Source of the DNA: Neodothiora populina
Taxonomy: Eukaryota
Reading direction: 5' to 3'
Assembly: GCF_041146345.1 (NCBI RefSeq)
Contig: NW_027191414.1
Span: forward strand, 1,240,001-1,304,000
DNA length: 64,000 nucleotides
The number at the start of each line of letters is the position of its first letter. Position 1 is the stretch's first letter. The notes under the pieces are model-generated. The model was not told where the DNA came from, did no database searches, and saw only the letters and a list, made by a program, of their open reading frames with translations. Of the stretch, positions 23,946-36,369 are shown piece after piece. The translations under genes were made by a program, and so were the position numbers.

Positions 23946-26843
23946 CTAAATGCCTCTTTCGGCAAAAATGCGATTCAGGGACTTCTCAAACGTTGCAACA
24001 TTAACGCCCTCATCTAGCATTGTAAAGTGGTCACCAGCGATACGGTGGAAGGTCAACTCATCTGTGAAAACATCCCACTCATGTAGCCAGCCATCCCATG
24101 TCTCATCGGAGATCTTCCACGCTCTGACTGGGGGAACCCAAAAGACCTCGTACTTGGAAACTTTGCCAGAAGGCTCGTAGTCTTTACAGATCCTGCGCGC
24201 AATATTGTTGACGCGGTTCCAATCCTCCATCTTCTCCGCGGTAAGTCCCATGGTTTCGAGGTTGGCGCCTTTGAAGTCTGCAACAATAGCATCGACAACC
24301 TCATCCTCAGGCACTCCTGCATATCTCTCTGTCACCGCCTCGATCTGATCACGAGGGATGACTCTATGATAGGCAAGCATCTCGACCGTGAAAGCTCTCA
24401 GATCTGACTTGGTCAAGATCTTACTGATCCATGGCGGGTTATCGAGGCCACCTACTAGGCCAACTTCGTCCCCGGCAGCTTCAAAACGCTTCGCCAGTTC
24501 GAATGCGGTAATACCACCGAAGCAGAGGCCAAGTAAGATATACGGACCCTTCGGCTGGATATCACGGATGGCCTGTTCGTATATGTCAAGCATGTCTTCC
24601 ATGCTCTCAAACACCCCTTCGGCTCGCTCAAGTCCTTTGGCTCGTAGAGCGTACACTGGACGGTCTGGTAAGTACTTGAGGAGCGGAAGCCAAATCATGA
24701 ACTCGCCTCCGCCGGGTGGCAAAAGGAAGAGTGCCGGCTTCGAACCAGATTGAAGCGTGGCAATTGGCTGATAGATTCCGATCTTGCCAGTCTGCTCAAG
24801 TATAGCTGCCTCCAAGCCTTCGATCGTCCTCGGCTGCAGTATCAAGCTCATAGGGATGGGCGTTTTTGTCATGTTCATTTCCACCTCGATCATACGCTTC
24901 ATGCGTAGATAGGCGATGCTATTCATGCCTGTCTGCATGATCGGAACATTCGCACCAAGCTCCTCCAGGGGCACATCCGTCTCTCGCGAGAGGAATCGTG
25001 CGATCGCAAGTTGAAGTTGCGATGCAAGTGGCTTTAGACCTTCCGCTAGGGGACTTGCCTCCTGGACGCGGTACTGATCAAAGTGGCCTTCGGTATAGAA
25101 CTTCTTCAATTTCTGGCGAGAAAGCTTGCCTATCGTCGATTTTGGCATCTCAGACTTTGGAAGAGGGATAACGGCGACTGGCATTGCGGAAGCGAACATC
25201 AATACTGCCTTGGAGACTTCGCCGATCAGGGTTCGAAGTGACTCTTCATCCGATCGAGACTCGTCAATCGGATTGAAGAGCACCACAACACCCTCAGAGT
25301 TTGACTTCTTGTCCCAGACGGAGAACGTGGCTGTCCAGGTTGGGTTAAGTCCTGGAATCTTTCTGCTCTCGATTGCCTCTTCTAGTTCGAAAGAGCTATA
25401 ATTGTTCCCGTTGATGATCAGAATCTCCTTCGAGCGACCGACTATCTCGAGATGGTTGCCTTCGTCCAGGCGGCCGAGATCTCCGGTATCGAACCAACCG
25501 TCAGCAGTCATGCAACTGTCCGTTGCTTCTTTATTGTTGTAATATCTCTTGAAGACGATGTCGCCTTGAAGTTGGATCCTTCCATCTGAGCCGTGTGGGA
25601 CTGGCTGGAGCCCATCATCAACCACTCGTAAGTCGATGCCAATTGGCAGGCTGTGGCCGACGGATGCGAATAAGTTTCGATGCTCGAGATCCCATTCAGG
25701 TGTTCTCAAATTATAGAAACACGCAGAGCAAGTCTCTGACAAACCATATGCTGCTTTGATAGGATTGCGTCTAGCGCCGTGATCCCGCAATATCTGGTTT
25801 GCGTGATCCATGGTAGACACACGATTGGCCTCGCCACCAACCATGACGACTTTAAGATGGCTAAAGTCATAGCCCTTTCCACGCCGATCCTCGGCCTGCC
25901 AGGATCTGCTTGCGGCAGCAAGGAAGGAGTTGGGAGAAAAAGTATAGCCAATCTTGTACCTGCTGATAATTTCATAGTAGCGCCATGGCTCCTGGACGAA
26001 ATCTCCAGCAGGTACAGATATCTGACTCGCACCAACGTTCATGGCGTTCAGGTGCAACTCGCAGAAATTTGCCGAATGATCGAATGAGATCCACGACATG
26101 AACTTGACGTTTTGGTCTAGGAAATGCATTTTCTTCTTCGCTTGAGCGGAACAGAGCAACTGCCGGTGAGTGAATTCGACAGCCTTCGAATGGCCTGTCG
26201 ATCCACTTGTGAAAAGTAGGACAGCGAGTTGGTCAGGATCATCCAAGTCATTGAGAGAATCTTTTCTGACATGGTGATTCTGTTCCTGCTGTGCATCGAT
26301 GGTCTCGATCGTGTGGACGTGTTCTTGAGGAAATTTCTCGAATTGGGCAGCATTCTTCTCGGAAGTGATGAAGGTAGGAGAGCCGAAGAGTGTTGCAAGG
26401 TTCTCCATTTGACCAGCCAGAGTCTTTGCATCATTAGACTGCCACGGTATCAGTCACTGTTCATCACATCTTCGACAACTCGACCTACCAATGGGCTCAA
26501 GATAGCAGGAACGCTGCCCGCAGCGATCACGCTCCACGTCCAAAGCACATTGTCCCTATGATTCTCGAAATACACCACAACGATCTTGCCTGGTTCGGCA
26601 ATTTCAGCAGCCTTGAGTTTTCCAGCATTGAACTTTGAGGTATCAGCATCCCAACGCTACATGAAATCTTCTCCAGGATTCACTTGCAGTGGCTCGAGAA
26701 AGAAGTTCCGGGTAGGACAGAGTCGTCTCAGGACCATCGAGTCCGTCATCGAGAAAGACCTGGCCTTTCGAGGGATACTCTAATGCTGCCCTTTGCAAGA
26801 GCTGTAGGAGCGTAGCTGGACTTTCGAATGCTTTGAAACCCAT
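23946..26843 (-). CDS. NRPS-like A-T-TE enzyme (about 930 aa; atromentin/aspulvinone/phenguignardic-acid synthetase architecture) with Cys-type TE
   Basis: A domain: FTSGSTGHSK, FDHSA, GGEAN, YGLSET, GWFDTGDLG, GRSKE, PKSTIGK. T domain: GMNSI. TE: PGGGE, GLCFGG, LDNPP, GDHFTML. No C domain. Introns 26633-26687 (GC-AG) and 26439-26488. Confidence 0.93.
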
Positions 26844-29471
26844 AATGACTATGTCTAGCAATCACACAAGGGTAAGGAAAGAACAATGAATCTTTTGGTC
26901 TTTATAGAGAGTCCTTTGCTCACTTTACTAGTCCAACGGAACACGACAGAGGCAAACTATGTTGAGACAGGTAGCTTTCTGAAATAGATAAGCTACTCGA
27001 CCATAGTTGACACCATCCCCAGGATCTCATCACAATGCACACATCCTACATTATAGGACCCTAGACGAAACGAATCAAAGACGTTCGTGTCAGAGATAAA
27101 CCCGAATGGGCCTCCCGAGCATATCCCTGAACGCACGACCTAGAGCGAGACTTAACCTTGCCTCTCATTGGCTTCTTGCTAAGCCTATGTGGGTAAAGGA
27201 CTAAAACTGCCCGCAATGTCCCTGACTTGAGCGGTTGTTCCTGTCGTGGACCCACTTCAATTGACAGCAGTCCACATGCACCATCATCGTGTCTTATCTT
27301 TTGTTTATGAATTGCCATTTCACGTTGCCCGTATCCCTCATTTGGAAGCTTATTGTGGCCATGTACCTCGATCTTCCCGGCTCAATGGGGATCTGCTTAT
27401 CTCGAGAGAGTGTGCTTCGAGGCTGCCAATTGGGTGTGATGGGGGGCCAAATGACGTTAATGATTAATGTCCTTGATCGACAGTCTGGAGGGAGTTCCCT
27501 TGTGATCTCTTGGATAAGTGGGTCCAAAGGAGTTGACTCGGGGGAAGTGGAGTTGCTACCGCCCGCCGTCGCGCCATTATACAGAAAATGTCAATTAGCG
27601 CTTTTGCTTCAATATATTGTAGCTACAAGGGATATGCAAGCACGGTGAACTAAAGCGTACCTTAACGGATTTTGACGTTGATCAGAGCTCAAGCTTCACT
27701 CGGGCCGGGCCGGCGTCACCAATCACCCACCCTGCTACCCCCCACCACTCCTCATGCGTCTTGCTTGTTGAAACCTCCAGCAGTGCTTTGTATCTCTAGG
27801 TACTTTGACACGGGTCATTGTCGTACTCTGCGACAGATCTACAAAATATAGCCATGGAACATCTCTCGGTCTTCGAGACCACATGACGAGGGCTCTTCTC
27901 TGGCCTCTCTGTCAGGACACAAAAGCAAGAAGCCTGCCGATCAGTAGAAAAACAAGTTCTTGGCCGATCGACGTGAGCTGGTGCGAAATCTTATTCAGGT
28001 TCGGTCGGCCTCCTCATCCCAGCGACGTGGTAGCGGAACTATAATGCTGTTGAAGGTGCGCCAAACCAACGATCCTCATCCGTACACAACATTTTGGGCA
28101 AAGTCAGGGCACCGCAATAAATGCGTTTTTGTATCCAAAGTACCGAATCACGTTCAAAGAATCCTTGGTTTGTTGAGATCTGCGCGCGCCCGGCATCCGC
28201 CAGGTTCCCCAGTGGCAGGAAATCGGTCTATTTACTATCGTCAAGGCAGAGGCAGATGATGCAACGTTCCTCAATCTGTTGTCTGGACTGAATCAACGAT
28301 GGCGATTTGCACATCGACGAATTGAGAGTGATTTTGAGACGGCCCCGTCGTTCGAAGACGTGTGTCAGCCTGGAACCGGGCATGTGATTGATTGCGTTTC
28401 ACCACAAGCAGAAAAACACTTCTGTGTCTGGAGGTGCCGGCCAAACGTCCGCTTGCTGCACCCGAGCGTGCGTGCAGGGGTATGCATGTTTCCTGAATTT
28501 CATAAGTGCGCAGCTGCTGCAGGCAGCCGCTTGTTCGGATATATCTTGCAGCTGGAAGCAGCCGATAGTCTGGCGTCTGTGCTGTTCAAGGTGAATATAT
28601 TCTTTGATTATACTGGGGTACCAGACCGTGACTGGGTATTCTAGAATTGGTATTTGCAGCGTAGCGCCCAAAAATTAGCTAGTTCCGATTTTGTTGTTTC
28701 TTTGTAGGCTAAGGTACTGTATATTGTGGACCTGTTTACCGACCAGCATATATAAATCCGAGTCAGTGCTACCGAAAGTTGCCTGACATAGCTATTTAGC
28801 AAACTCTAAAACCATGGAGGATAGAAGGAATCACATCGGGGATTGATTGACATGGGAGGCTGTCGTGGCCCAAGACGGAGACGGATGGGTGTGAAGGCAG
28901 ATCTACGGCTCTTGCTATCAAATTGTGCTTTGATCACGTTAGCCCAATTGTGTTGCGTGATGTTACTTTCCTCTGCATCAATCGCTGATCTGTCTGTCCG
29001 TTTCACTCTGCTTGGTCTGATATGATCAAAACGCGAGTCAAACCTCAACAAATGCAGTGTCTTCCATTTCAGTGAATTCGAACATTGCTCGGAGACTTAA
29101 CGGGTTGGCTCCACTCATGACGGACCCACCGGAACCAGATAGGATGACATTAGTGGGTTCAACGAGAGAGCCACAGTATCGGGATAGATTGGCCAGCAGA
29201 GACTATCAGTGTCGAATCGAAAACACCCTTGGGGAGTCAACCGTATCAACAGCTGCCGTAAGTAGGAGCCGTGGATGCCATATAGTCCCTTCGGACCCCA
29301 GGAGCAGGCGTGGGAGCAGTGCATGCTGGTTCATGACTTTCTTCCTTTACGATATTGATATCTCGAGTTCTCTACGCTATTCAAGACTGTATTGGATTCT
29401 GTATTCTTGACAGATTCGTTAGAGCCTCTCCAAGCCCAACTCTGTCGTTTCGTTCGTCCGACTCATATAAG

Positions 29472-30616
29472 ATGGCTCAGAAGCCTCTAGAGATCTTGGT
29501 TGTCGGCAGTGGGTAAGTTGATGGTTGATGCTACCAGGCTGCGATTCGGGTACTAATGGAAACCAGTGCTGTGGGGTCAATATTTGGTGCTCGAGCCCAG
29601 GGTGCTAGATCCCGGGTCACTGCAGTCTGCAGGAGCAACTATGATGTAGCCGCATCCAGTGGCATTGCAATAAGATCAATCCTCTGGGGCAACAGCATCT
29701 TTAACCCGAATCGGGTGGTGAAAAGCCCATCTGACGTTTCACACGTCGAGTTCGACTATGTCGTCCTCGCAACCAAGCTTGGCAAGCAGTCCAACCGGAC
29801 ATTGGTCGACAGTATTCGTCCTGTGATCAGACCCAAGACGTGCTTGGTGTCAGTGCAGAACGGAATTGATGCGGAGATTGCTTTGCGTCAGGCGTTCAGG
29901 AATCCAGTATTTTCCTCGACTTGCTATATCAGTTGTTCGCAGAAGCAGCCTGGTATCGTTGAACATGTTTCGAGCATCAGACCACACGCTTTCTACATGG
30001 GCATCAATCGTCCCGGTACTCTGTCGAGTGGAGAGAAAGAGCTTGCCTCTTTCGTCAGCTTAGATTCTGCCTTCACCAAGGTGGACGATGCTCATGTAGA
30101 ACGTTGGAGGAAGATGATCTTCAACACCGCATGGAGCCTGTCCACTTCCTTGATGGACTGCAACACTCATGAAGTGCTACGGGATGACTCTGGACTTAGA
30201 CTCGTCTCTGGTCTTGCTCAAGAAGCCTACCGTGTGGGCCGTATGATGGGGATCAATCTTCCGACTGATATTCCAAAATATACTGTGGAGTCAGCAGGCA
30301 AGGCGCCTGCCCTTGTACCATCAATGCTGCAGGACATCCGTGCCGGCAAGCCTATTGAGGTCGAAGCTCTGTGCGGTAAGTGACTTTCAGTGATGGTGCA
30401 CAAGCAGCAATGCTGACAATGTCTCTAGGTGGCATACTTCGAATGGCCAAAGAGAAAGGCATCGACACACCAATCTTGGAATCAATTTACGGATTCCTAT
30501 CGAGGCTCAATGATGATCTCGAGTCTCGCAACAAGGAGCCTATGAGGATTCCTGTCATCCGCCCTGCTTTCAACATTCCTGCTATCGGTTTGAGTTCAAT
30601 TCCTGCCCTTCTCTAG
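29472..30616 (+). CDS. Ketopantoate reductase (PanE/ApbA) family 2-keto-acid reductase, 3 exons
   Basis: ILVVGSGAVG, VCRSNY, FDYVVLATK, QNGI, RWRKMIFN, SMLQD, PIEVEAL. Introns 29513-29566 and 30376-30428. Confidence 0.92.
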
Positions 30617-32238
30617 AACAATGCTGTCTGCTATGTGGCGAGTATGGGGCGCATGAATTATCATAATGACCTGATGGACGTATACGACTGTATTTCACGA
30701 GCTGATTGGCGTATTCATGTTATTACGATGATTCAAATTGATTCTTTACCTATTCTGTGATAACGGTGTGGATCCGAGTGTTGTACAGTAGCTTGGCTAT
30801 CACGCTGTAAACCAGTCAAATGTAGCGACAGAATGTAGCACAAGAGAGATGCCACCGAATTCTGATAAGACAGGAAAGCTTGATCTTCACTCAAAATCAG
30901 CCAATGATGATCATCAATCCGGAAAGACACTAAAAACGAGCACAACACTAGAGATGCGTTCTCTAGCATTTGGGCGACATTCCCTCCGTGGACCTCAAAA
31001 TCGGGACGGTAAACGTCACCGTTAATAATTGCTGCCTGTGTAATTTACCGAATGTGCGCTGGAGCGACGGTATGTCTTACGAAGGAGTGGACAGCTACGA
31101 CATGAGAACCACGTAGCCGGGCGCCAGGCCGGGCCACGGTCCGAATGCTCAACATGCTTGTAGGAAACTCCTCATTGGTGGATGCGAGAGCCCGTGTGGT
31201 TGAGTGATCCACGCGATAAACAGGGGAAGCTTTAATTCGTAGGAGTAAGAATAAGTATAGTAGCCTTAATTCCTAGGCCGCAATATATGAGGTCCATAAA
31301 CTCCGATATTGCCCAGGGTGAAGAACCAACTCGCGCTGCCGATCCACGCTGATCTTTGCATATAAGACGCATATATGCATGTAAGGTTGTAGCTACGCGT
31401 GGGCTACGGAAGTACAGACAAGCTTTAAAGTTAGCTGCGTGTAAGGTTAATTTCAGACCGGTAGTTTTAGACGACCAATATCATCATGGCGGAGCAAAAG
31501 CTTTGCCAGAAGGCACGGAAACCATGCAGATGCTGCCTGACGGCGAGCAGGGGTTCATACTAATGGCTCGCGAAAATCCCCTATCTTTGATGCATTGTGA
31601 TTATCTCGCCATCCAGCTTCCTTCTAGCGTAATAAAACGTGCAGCCAAAGCAGAAAGAGACCCAAAGTCCTAATCTCACATGTGTTGTCCTCTGGCGTGA
31701 TCAGCGGTCGTCAACGCTGTGGTGACTTGCAGCAGAGACAAATTACGTGCAAAGGATTTGCATTACGTAATTCTTCCCCCTCGGTGCAAAGCAAATGTAA
31801 GCCGTATATTCGCCTGATAGTGTTAATCTCGATGGTCTCAGTATCAGGGGGATACATCTTTCCAAGACATAACGATAGAATTTGGTGATCCGACGGATTA
31901 CCGACCACCAATGATATACTCTTGATCATGTCGAGACTTGCTGATATCATTGCACACCACCTGGATCTGCTCTTCTATCAATATTTCATGATAGCAGAAT
32001 GGTTTACTTTGATGCTACTGCACATCTTGGCGCCATGTGGTGACAGTGCAACAGCACTCATATGCTTCACTGACTGTTGCTTGTGTCATGTGAATGTCCG
32101 GAGGTCGTGCAGGAACATATGTCCTAGCTGTGATTGTCAGGCAGCCGCTGCGCAGTTGGGTGTCTGATCAACACATGCCATCTGCTCTTCAGCAGGTCAA
32201 GCAACTAGTGTAATGACTCGCGCATCGAATCGGCGAGC

Positions 32239-34266
32239 TCAACTGATAGCTGCCTGGTCCTCCTCAACCTCGAACACTGTCGCCTGGCGGACGCCACAAC
32301 GTTCACCAACATTGTTGAGCTGTCGATCTATCCACCTCTTCTGCTCCGTCGATATCTCATCCGAGGTCCTGGCTACACGAAGCGGCCAATGAAGCAGGTA
32401 GCCAACTACCAGATCTACCGTGTGATTCATCTCTTCGTCGCTAGAGTTCAGGTGCTCCCCATTCCGCTTTCCCCAACGGAAATGCAATGGTACGCTAGAG
32501 CATATTTCATCTGTAGCCCGCTGCTGAATATAGGTAGCATGGCGATATTCCTCCTTCTGAGAGTACCCGACTGGATACATCCACATGATCCCTGTGGTCA
32601 TGATCTTAGCAGCCAGTATCCGGCATGAATGTATCTTGTTCAGTGCACTGGCGACGTAGACGTCTCTGTAGTCGTATACGGGTCCCACCCATGCAGTTGC
32701 TGTGTCAATATCCTCCGGCAGGTCGGCGATATAGCCTATTGTGCGAGGTCTAAATTCATCTGGTAGTTTCGTATCAGCCATGGCCTTTTCTACCTGGCGT
32801 GCTCTGCCGACCAAGGCCTGCATGTCTGAAAGAGCTTCAGTATCGGGCGCATGTCGCATTATCTCCTTCTGTATTTGCAACAAGGTGGGAAGCTCTACGG
32901 CATGATGCATGAGATCATGGACAGGATCACGATAATCGTATGTGCCGAGATGTGTATCACTGAGCCACCCTCCTTGTTCCGGAAAATCTTCTGGAGCCGT
33001 CCCTGAGCGCAAACAATTGATGAACTGCGCCGATCGTCAGCTCCGTCTCAACAGACTTTCTGCTCTTCTAATATCGTGCCACGTACCATTTCTGTTCTGA
33101 CTTGGCGGAATAAAACCAGCCCCAGGGGATCATGGAACTGAGACGAACCGCGCATTTTCAGTATTGCCGCAGCTCCATCAATGTGACTCGACCATGCCCT
33201 CATTGATCCATCCGAGGCATTTATAGTCTAGATATCTAATGTCAGTTCTATACTCACAGAGATCCACTCCATGCAGCTGGTAAGTGCTACCAGAGCGCCC
33301 GAAGTCGAACTCACCTCGTACCAAGATAAGACCAATGCGGCAAGGAGGGTCTCATCCTTCTGTGCAAATGTAGTATCTAGAAGCGCCGTAGACATTGTCT
33401 TTATTGCCTTGCCATAGGCAAGGGCGGCCTGATGCTGTAGTATCCTCTTGCTTGAAAGCATTGAAAGTGCACTCAAGGCCACAGCATGAAGAGACACTCG
33501 CAAAGGTGACCCTTCGGAAGATGCCTGGTACAATGGAGCCAACGCATGCAAGATATTGTGTCCATCATCATAACCGACGCCATACATTGTATCAAAGTTC
33601 TTAAAGCATATGTTCACAGCTTGCTATGGTTGGTCAGTGAACAGTTAGGCATGATGCTTGAGGGAATTCGTGAACCTCTTGTATTGACAGCCAAGGCGGC
33701 GGTCTAATAGATTCAGATGAGGAATACACCCTCAGCTGGCCAAATCGCGACTTCAGTTCCCGAGAAACATCATCGGAGGTGAAGGACTGCCTCCTGCGAA
33801 CGAGTGCTGTTGATGTCCCACTGCTTTCTTCATCACATTCTGCTGATTTTGGTAACCTTTAAAGTGTCAACTTCTCGATACGAGACTCGCACAACATACC
33901 ACCACTTGAAGTCATAGTTGACATAAGAAAAAGAAGGCCACTGCATACCGTGCATTAAAAGCCTTTGACTGTGGCCTCTGCTTCTTAGGGAGCTGTTGCT
34001 TTCGCTTCACAGCCTCTGTTTGGTTTCTGAAGATTACGTCCGAATAACCTGGACAGACTCGCGATGTTTTCACACACTGGTAGCAAGAAGGCTTGCCTTC
34101 GTCACACTTATAATGGTCAGCAAAGAGCACTACTCCGTAAACATGCATATAGTCACCTTTATCTTCCTGGTTTTACAGGTTTGACAAGCTATGTAAGGTA
34201 GGTTAGTCAAGAGACCGACGCCGTAGACTAGGTCGCACCTTTGCTTGGAGCCCCAGTCCGTCCCAT
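32239..34266 (-). CDS. Zn2Cys6 transcription factor, multi-exon
   Basis: MGRTGAPSK-ACQTCKTRKIK-CDEGKPSCYQCVKTSRVCPGY; middle region YGKAI...DETLLAALVL; C-terminal EICSSVP...GYLLHWPL. Confidence 0.88.
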
Positions 34267-34671
34267 GTCGAGCCGATTGACTCAAGGAGAGGAATGCACG
34301 ATATCTTGAGTCACTTCTTCTACATTCTTAGTTGGGAAGAGTTCCAGAAATGAAATCAGCAGCCTAAGATAAATGGGTGGCTGTGGCTGAGGCGGATTTA
34401 GGATTTACGAGCCGGAAGCTCGAAGGTGAGAGACTCGGAATGCGCCGGCGGCACCTCTGTGAAAGTATAAACTCAGGTACCTATTTTTATCTTAGACCTT
34501 CATTGGAAGAGATTGACCTTGACTATAGACAGAGGTGTCATCCTTAGGTAGTCATCCCAGCTGTCATTAAAGATGACTGACTAGCTGTTGCGGCAAAAGT
34601 ACCGAGCAATATGATATACACTGATGTCATAATGGGTGTTAATGGCTAGATACAATATAAGTGTGATCTGT

Positions 34672-36369
34672 CTAAGGCCCTTTCTTTCTCCACCGCAGAT
34701 TGCCGCCTACCCCAGCAACCCCAGACACGCTTGTGCCCCCGAAGACTGCGGTGAAATGTTGCTGTGCATCTTCACAGAGATTATGTCGTTCCTTCCATTC
34801 TGCAATCTTGCTTTGCAGTGCACATCCAGTAGCGACAAGTATCTCCCAGACAATCTTCTCGACATCGAATCCGAACTTGTATATTAGGTTATCGCGCGGC
34901 CCCCAAACCCGAATGTGGGCTTCGGTGGACGAGTCGATCAGATCACCTTCGTTGACAAGGTGACCTGCATTCATCTTGGGCGTGTTCGCATGTAGAAATG
35001 CTGGTCGCACTATTGCCTCGTCTGGGCTCATTTCACGAACTGTCGAGTTTCTCCCCTCAGACTTGCGTTCCTCTGTCTGTTGTGGCTGCGACACGGCGGC
35101 AACCGAGCCCCGGAAATCATCGAATGGGTGATACTGTATCATGCCGCTTCCCTTTTCTAGCCCACCAGACTGCCTCGATACTGACTGGACGTGCTTACGA
35201 ACACGGTACCAGGGTTGTCCAAGCACGGTCGCTGCAGCAAGGAACGTCTCCTTGTCACCTTGACCGAGTGCACCTTGACTAAGCAGGGGATAGTAATACG
35301 CAGGCCCATAGATGTTGTAATAATTGGCGAGGAGCAGCGTCTTGAGATGAGTGTGTTTGTTGATTAGCAATTGTCCCGCCTCACTAGAGCTCTTCGGTAG
35401 AACACCTTCTGGGTAGGCAGGAAAACCAGCTATTGACCAAAATAGAGGGGACTCTGTAGCCTGCCAGAAGTCAGGCCAAATCACTAGACCGGTGGTAGTA
35501 TAAGGCTCGTGTGGAAACATGTCGGTCGCCGGATCGACGAGAGGTATGCTGTCGCTATCAAGGTAAAGAACATGTGCAAAAGAGCAGAAGAGCATAGCGA
35601 GGGACTTCAATTGGTAGTGCGTGACTTCGAAGCCATTCTTCCGGTTTCGAGCGCTGTCTTTCTCTCTTGACCTGACACGGCTGTTCAACGACCGTCGTGC
35701 TCTCAGTGCTCGAATGCCTTGTCCAGCGTCAAGATAGTCTGTGATGATCAAGCACTTCGCTCCCAGCAATGGTAGATACTGTTCGCACAAGTCCTTTTCG
35801 TACTCTTCCGAAGTTGCTACGAAGATCTCGACCGGAAGCGTGCTGCCGGATTTGCGCAGCATGTGCAACCCAACTATAGCAGGACCAAAGTACTCCCCGC
35901 CGCCGACGACGACAACTCCAGTGCCATTGAAAACACTGCTCCCATTGGCGTCCCAATGCGAGTCCATAGACTCGACAAACTTGGCGTGCGCCGATTGCAA
36001 AGAGGCAATATGTGATTTGTCGCTACTGACGCGATTATGATCTGGGGAGCGGAGGCTGAAATCATCGTCTGCTACCGGAACGTGCGCCGCGTTAGAGCTC
36101 AGTCGAATCTTTGGGACATCTGGTCGTGCGTCTTCGAATGCCTTGCTCCAAAATTGCCACAATTGCAAGACGGATTCAGGCTTAGAACTGACAGGCCGCG
36201 GAGACACATCATCAGAATCAGGGTGCGAGGGTGATGTCGCCTTCAACGATGAGATACCCTCGTGGACCGCTGCCGGCGCATGCACAGACAATGCAAAAAA
36301 GGATAGCAGAAGGCATACGAGGGCGACTACGGAGAGATAGCGCACCCAGCGCAGACTAGATATCATCAT
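34672..36369 (-). CDS. Alpha-1,2-mannosyltransferase, MNN2/MNN5 family (GT71)
   Basis: Type II membrane anchor; GVVVVGGG, SGSTLPVEIF, LYLDSD (DxD), WPDFW, SSEAGQLL, GDKETF, FLHAN.PK. Confidence 0.9.
   Translation of the reverse strand: MMISSLRWVRYLSVVALVCLLLSFFALSVHAPAAVHEGISSLKATSPSHPDSDDVSPRPVSSKPESVLQLWQFWSKAFEDARPDVPKIRLSSNAAHVPVADDDFSLRSPDHNRVSSDKSHIASLQSAHAKFVESMDSHWDANGSSVFNGTGVVVVGGGEYFGPAIVGLHMLRKSGSTLPVEIFVATSEEYEKDLCEQYLPLLGAKCLIITDYLDAGQGIRALRARRSLNSRVRSREKDSARNRKNGFEVTHYQLKSLAMLFCSFAHVLYLDSDSIPLVDPATDMFPHEPYTTTGLVIWPDFWQATESPLFWSIAGFPAYPEGVLPKSSSEAGQLLINKHTHLKTLLLANYYNIYGPAYYYPLLSQGALGQGDKETFLAAATVLGQPWYRVRKHVQSVSRQSGGLEKGSGMIQYHPFDDFRGSVAAVSQPQQTEERKSEGRNSTVREMSPDEAIVRPAFLHANTPKMNAGHLVNEGDLIDSSTEAHIRVWGPRDNLIYKFGFDVEKIVWEILVATGCALQSKIAEWKERHNLCEDAQQHFTAVFGGTSVSGVAGVGGNLRWRKKGP

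Noticed and set aside
26844..29471. Small ORFs in the NRPS-like/reductase intergenic region
   Set aside because: None resembles a tailoring enzyme or has coding features; read as a divergent promoter.
30617..32238. Short ORFs between the reductase and the TF
   Set aside because: No recognisable domains; convergent 3' region.
34672..36369. GT71 as a tailoring glycosyltransferase of the NRPS-like cluster
   Set aside because: Type II Golgi membrane topology and family point to protein mannosylation, not small-molecule glycosylation.
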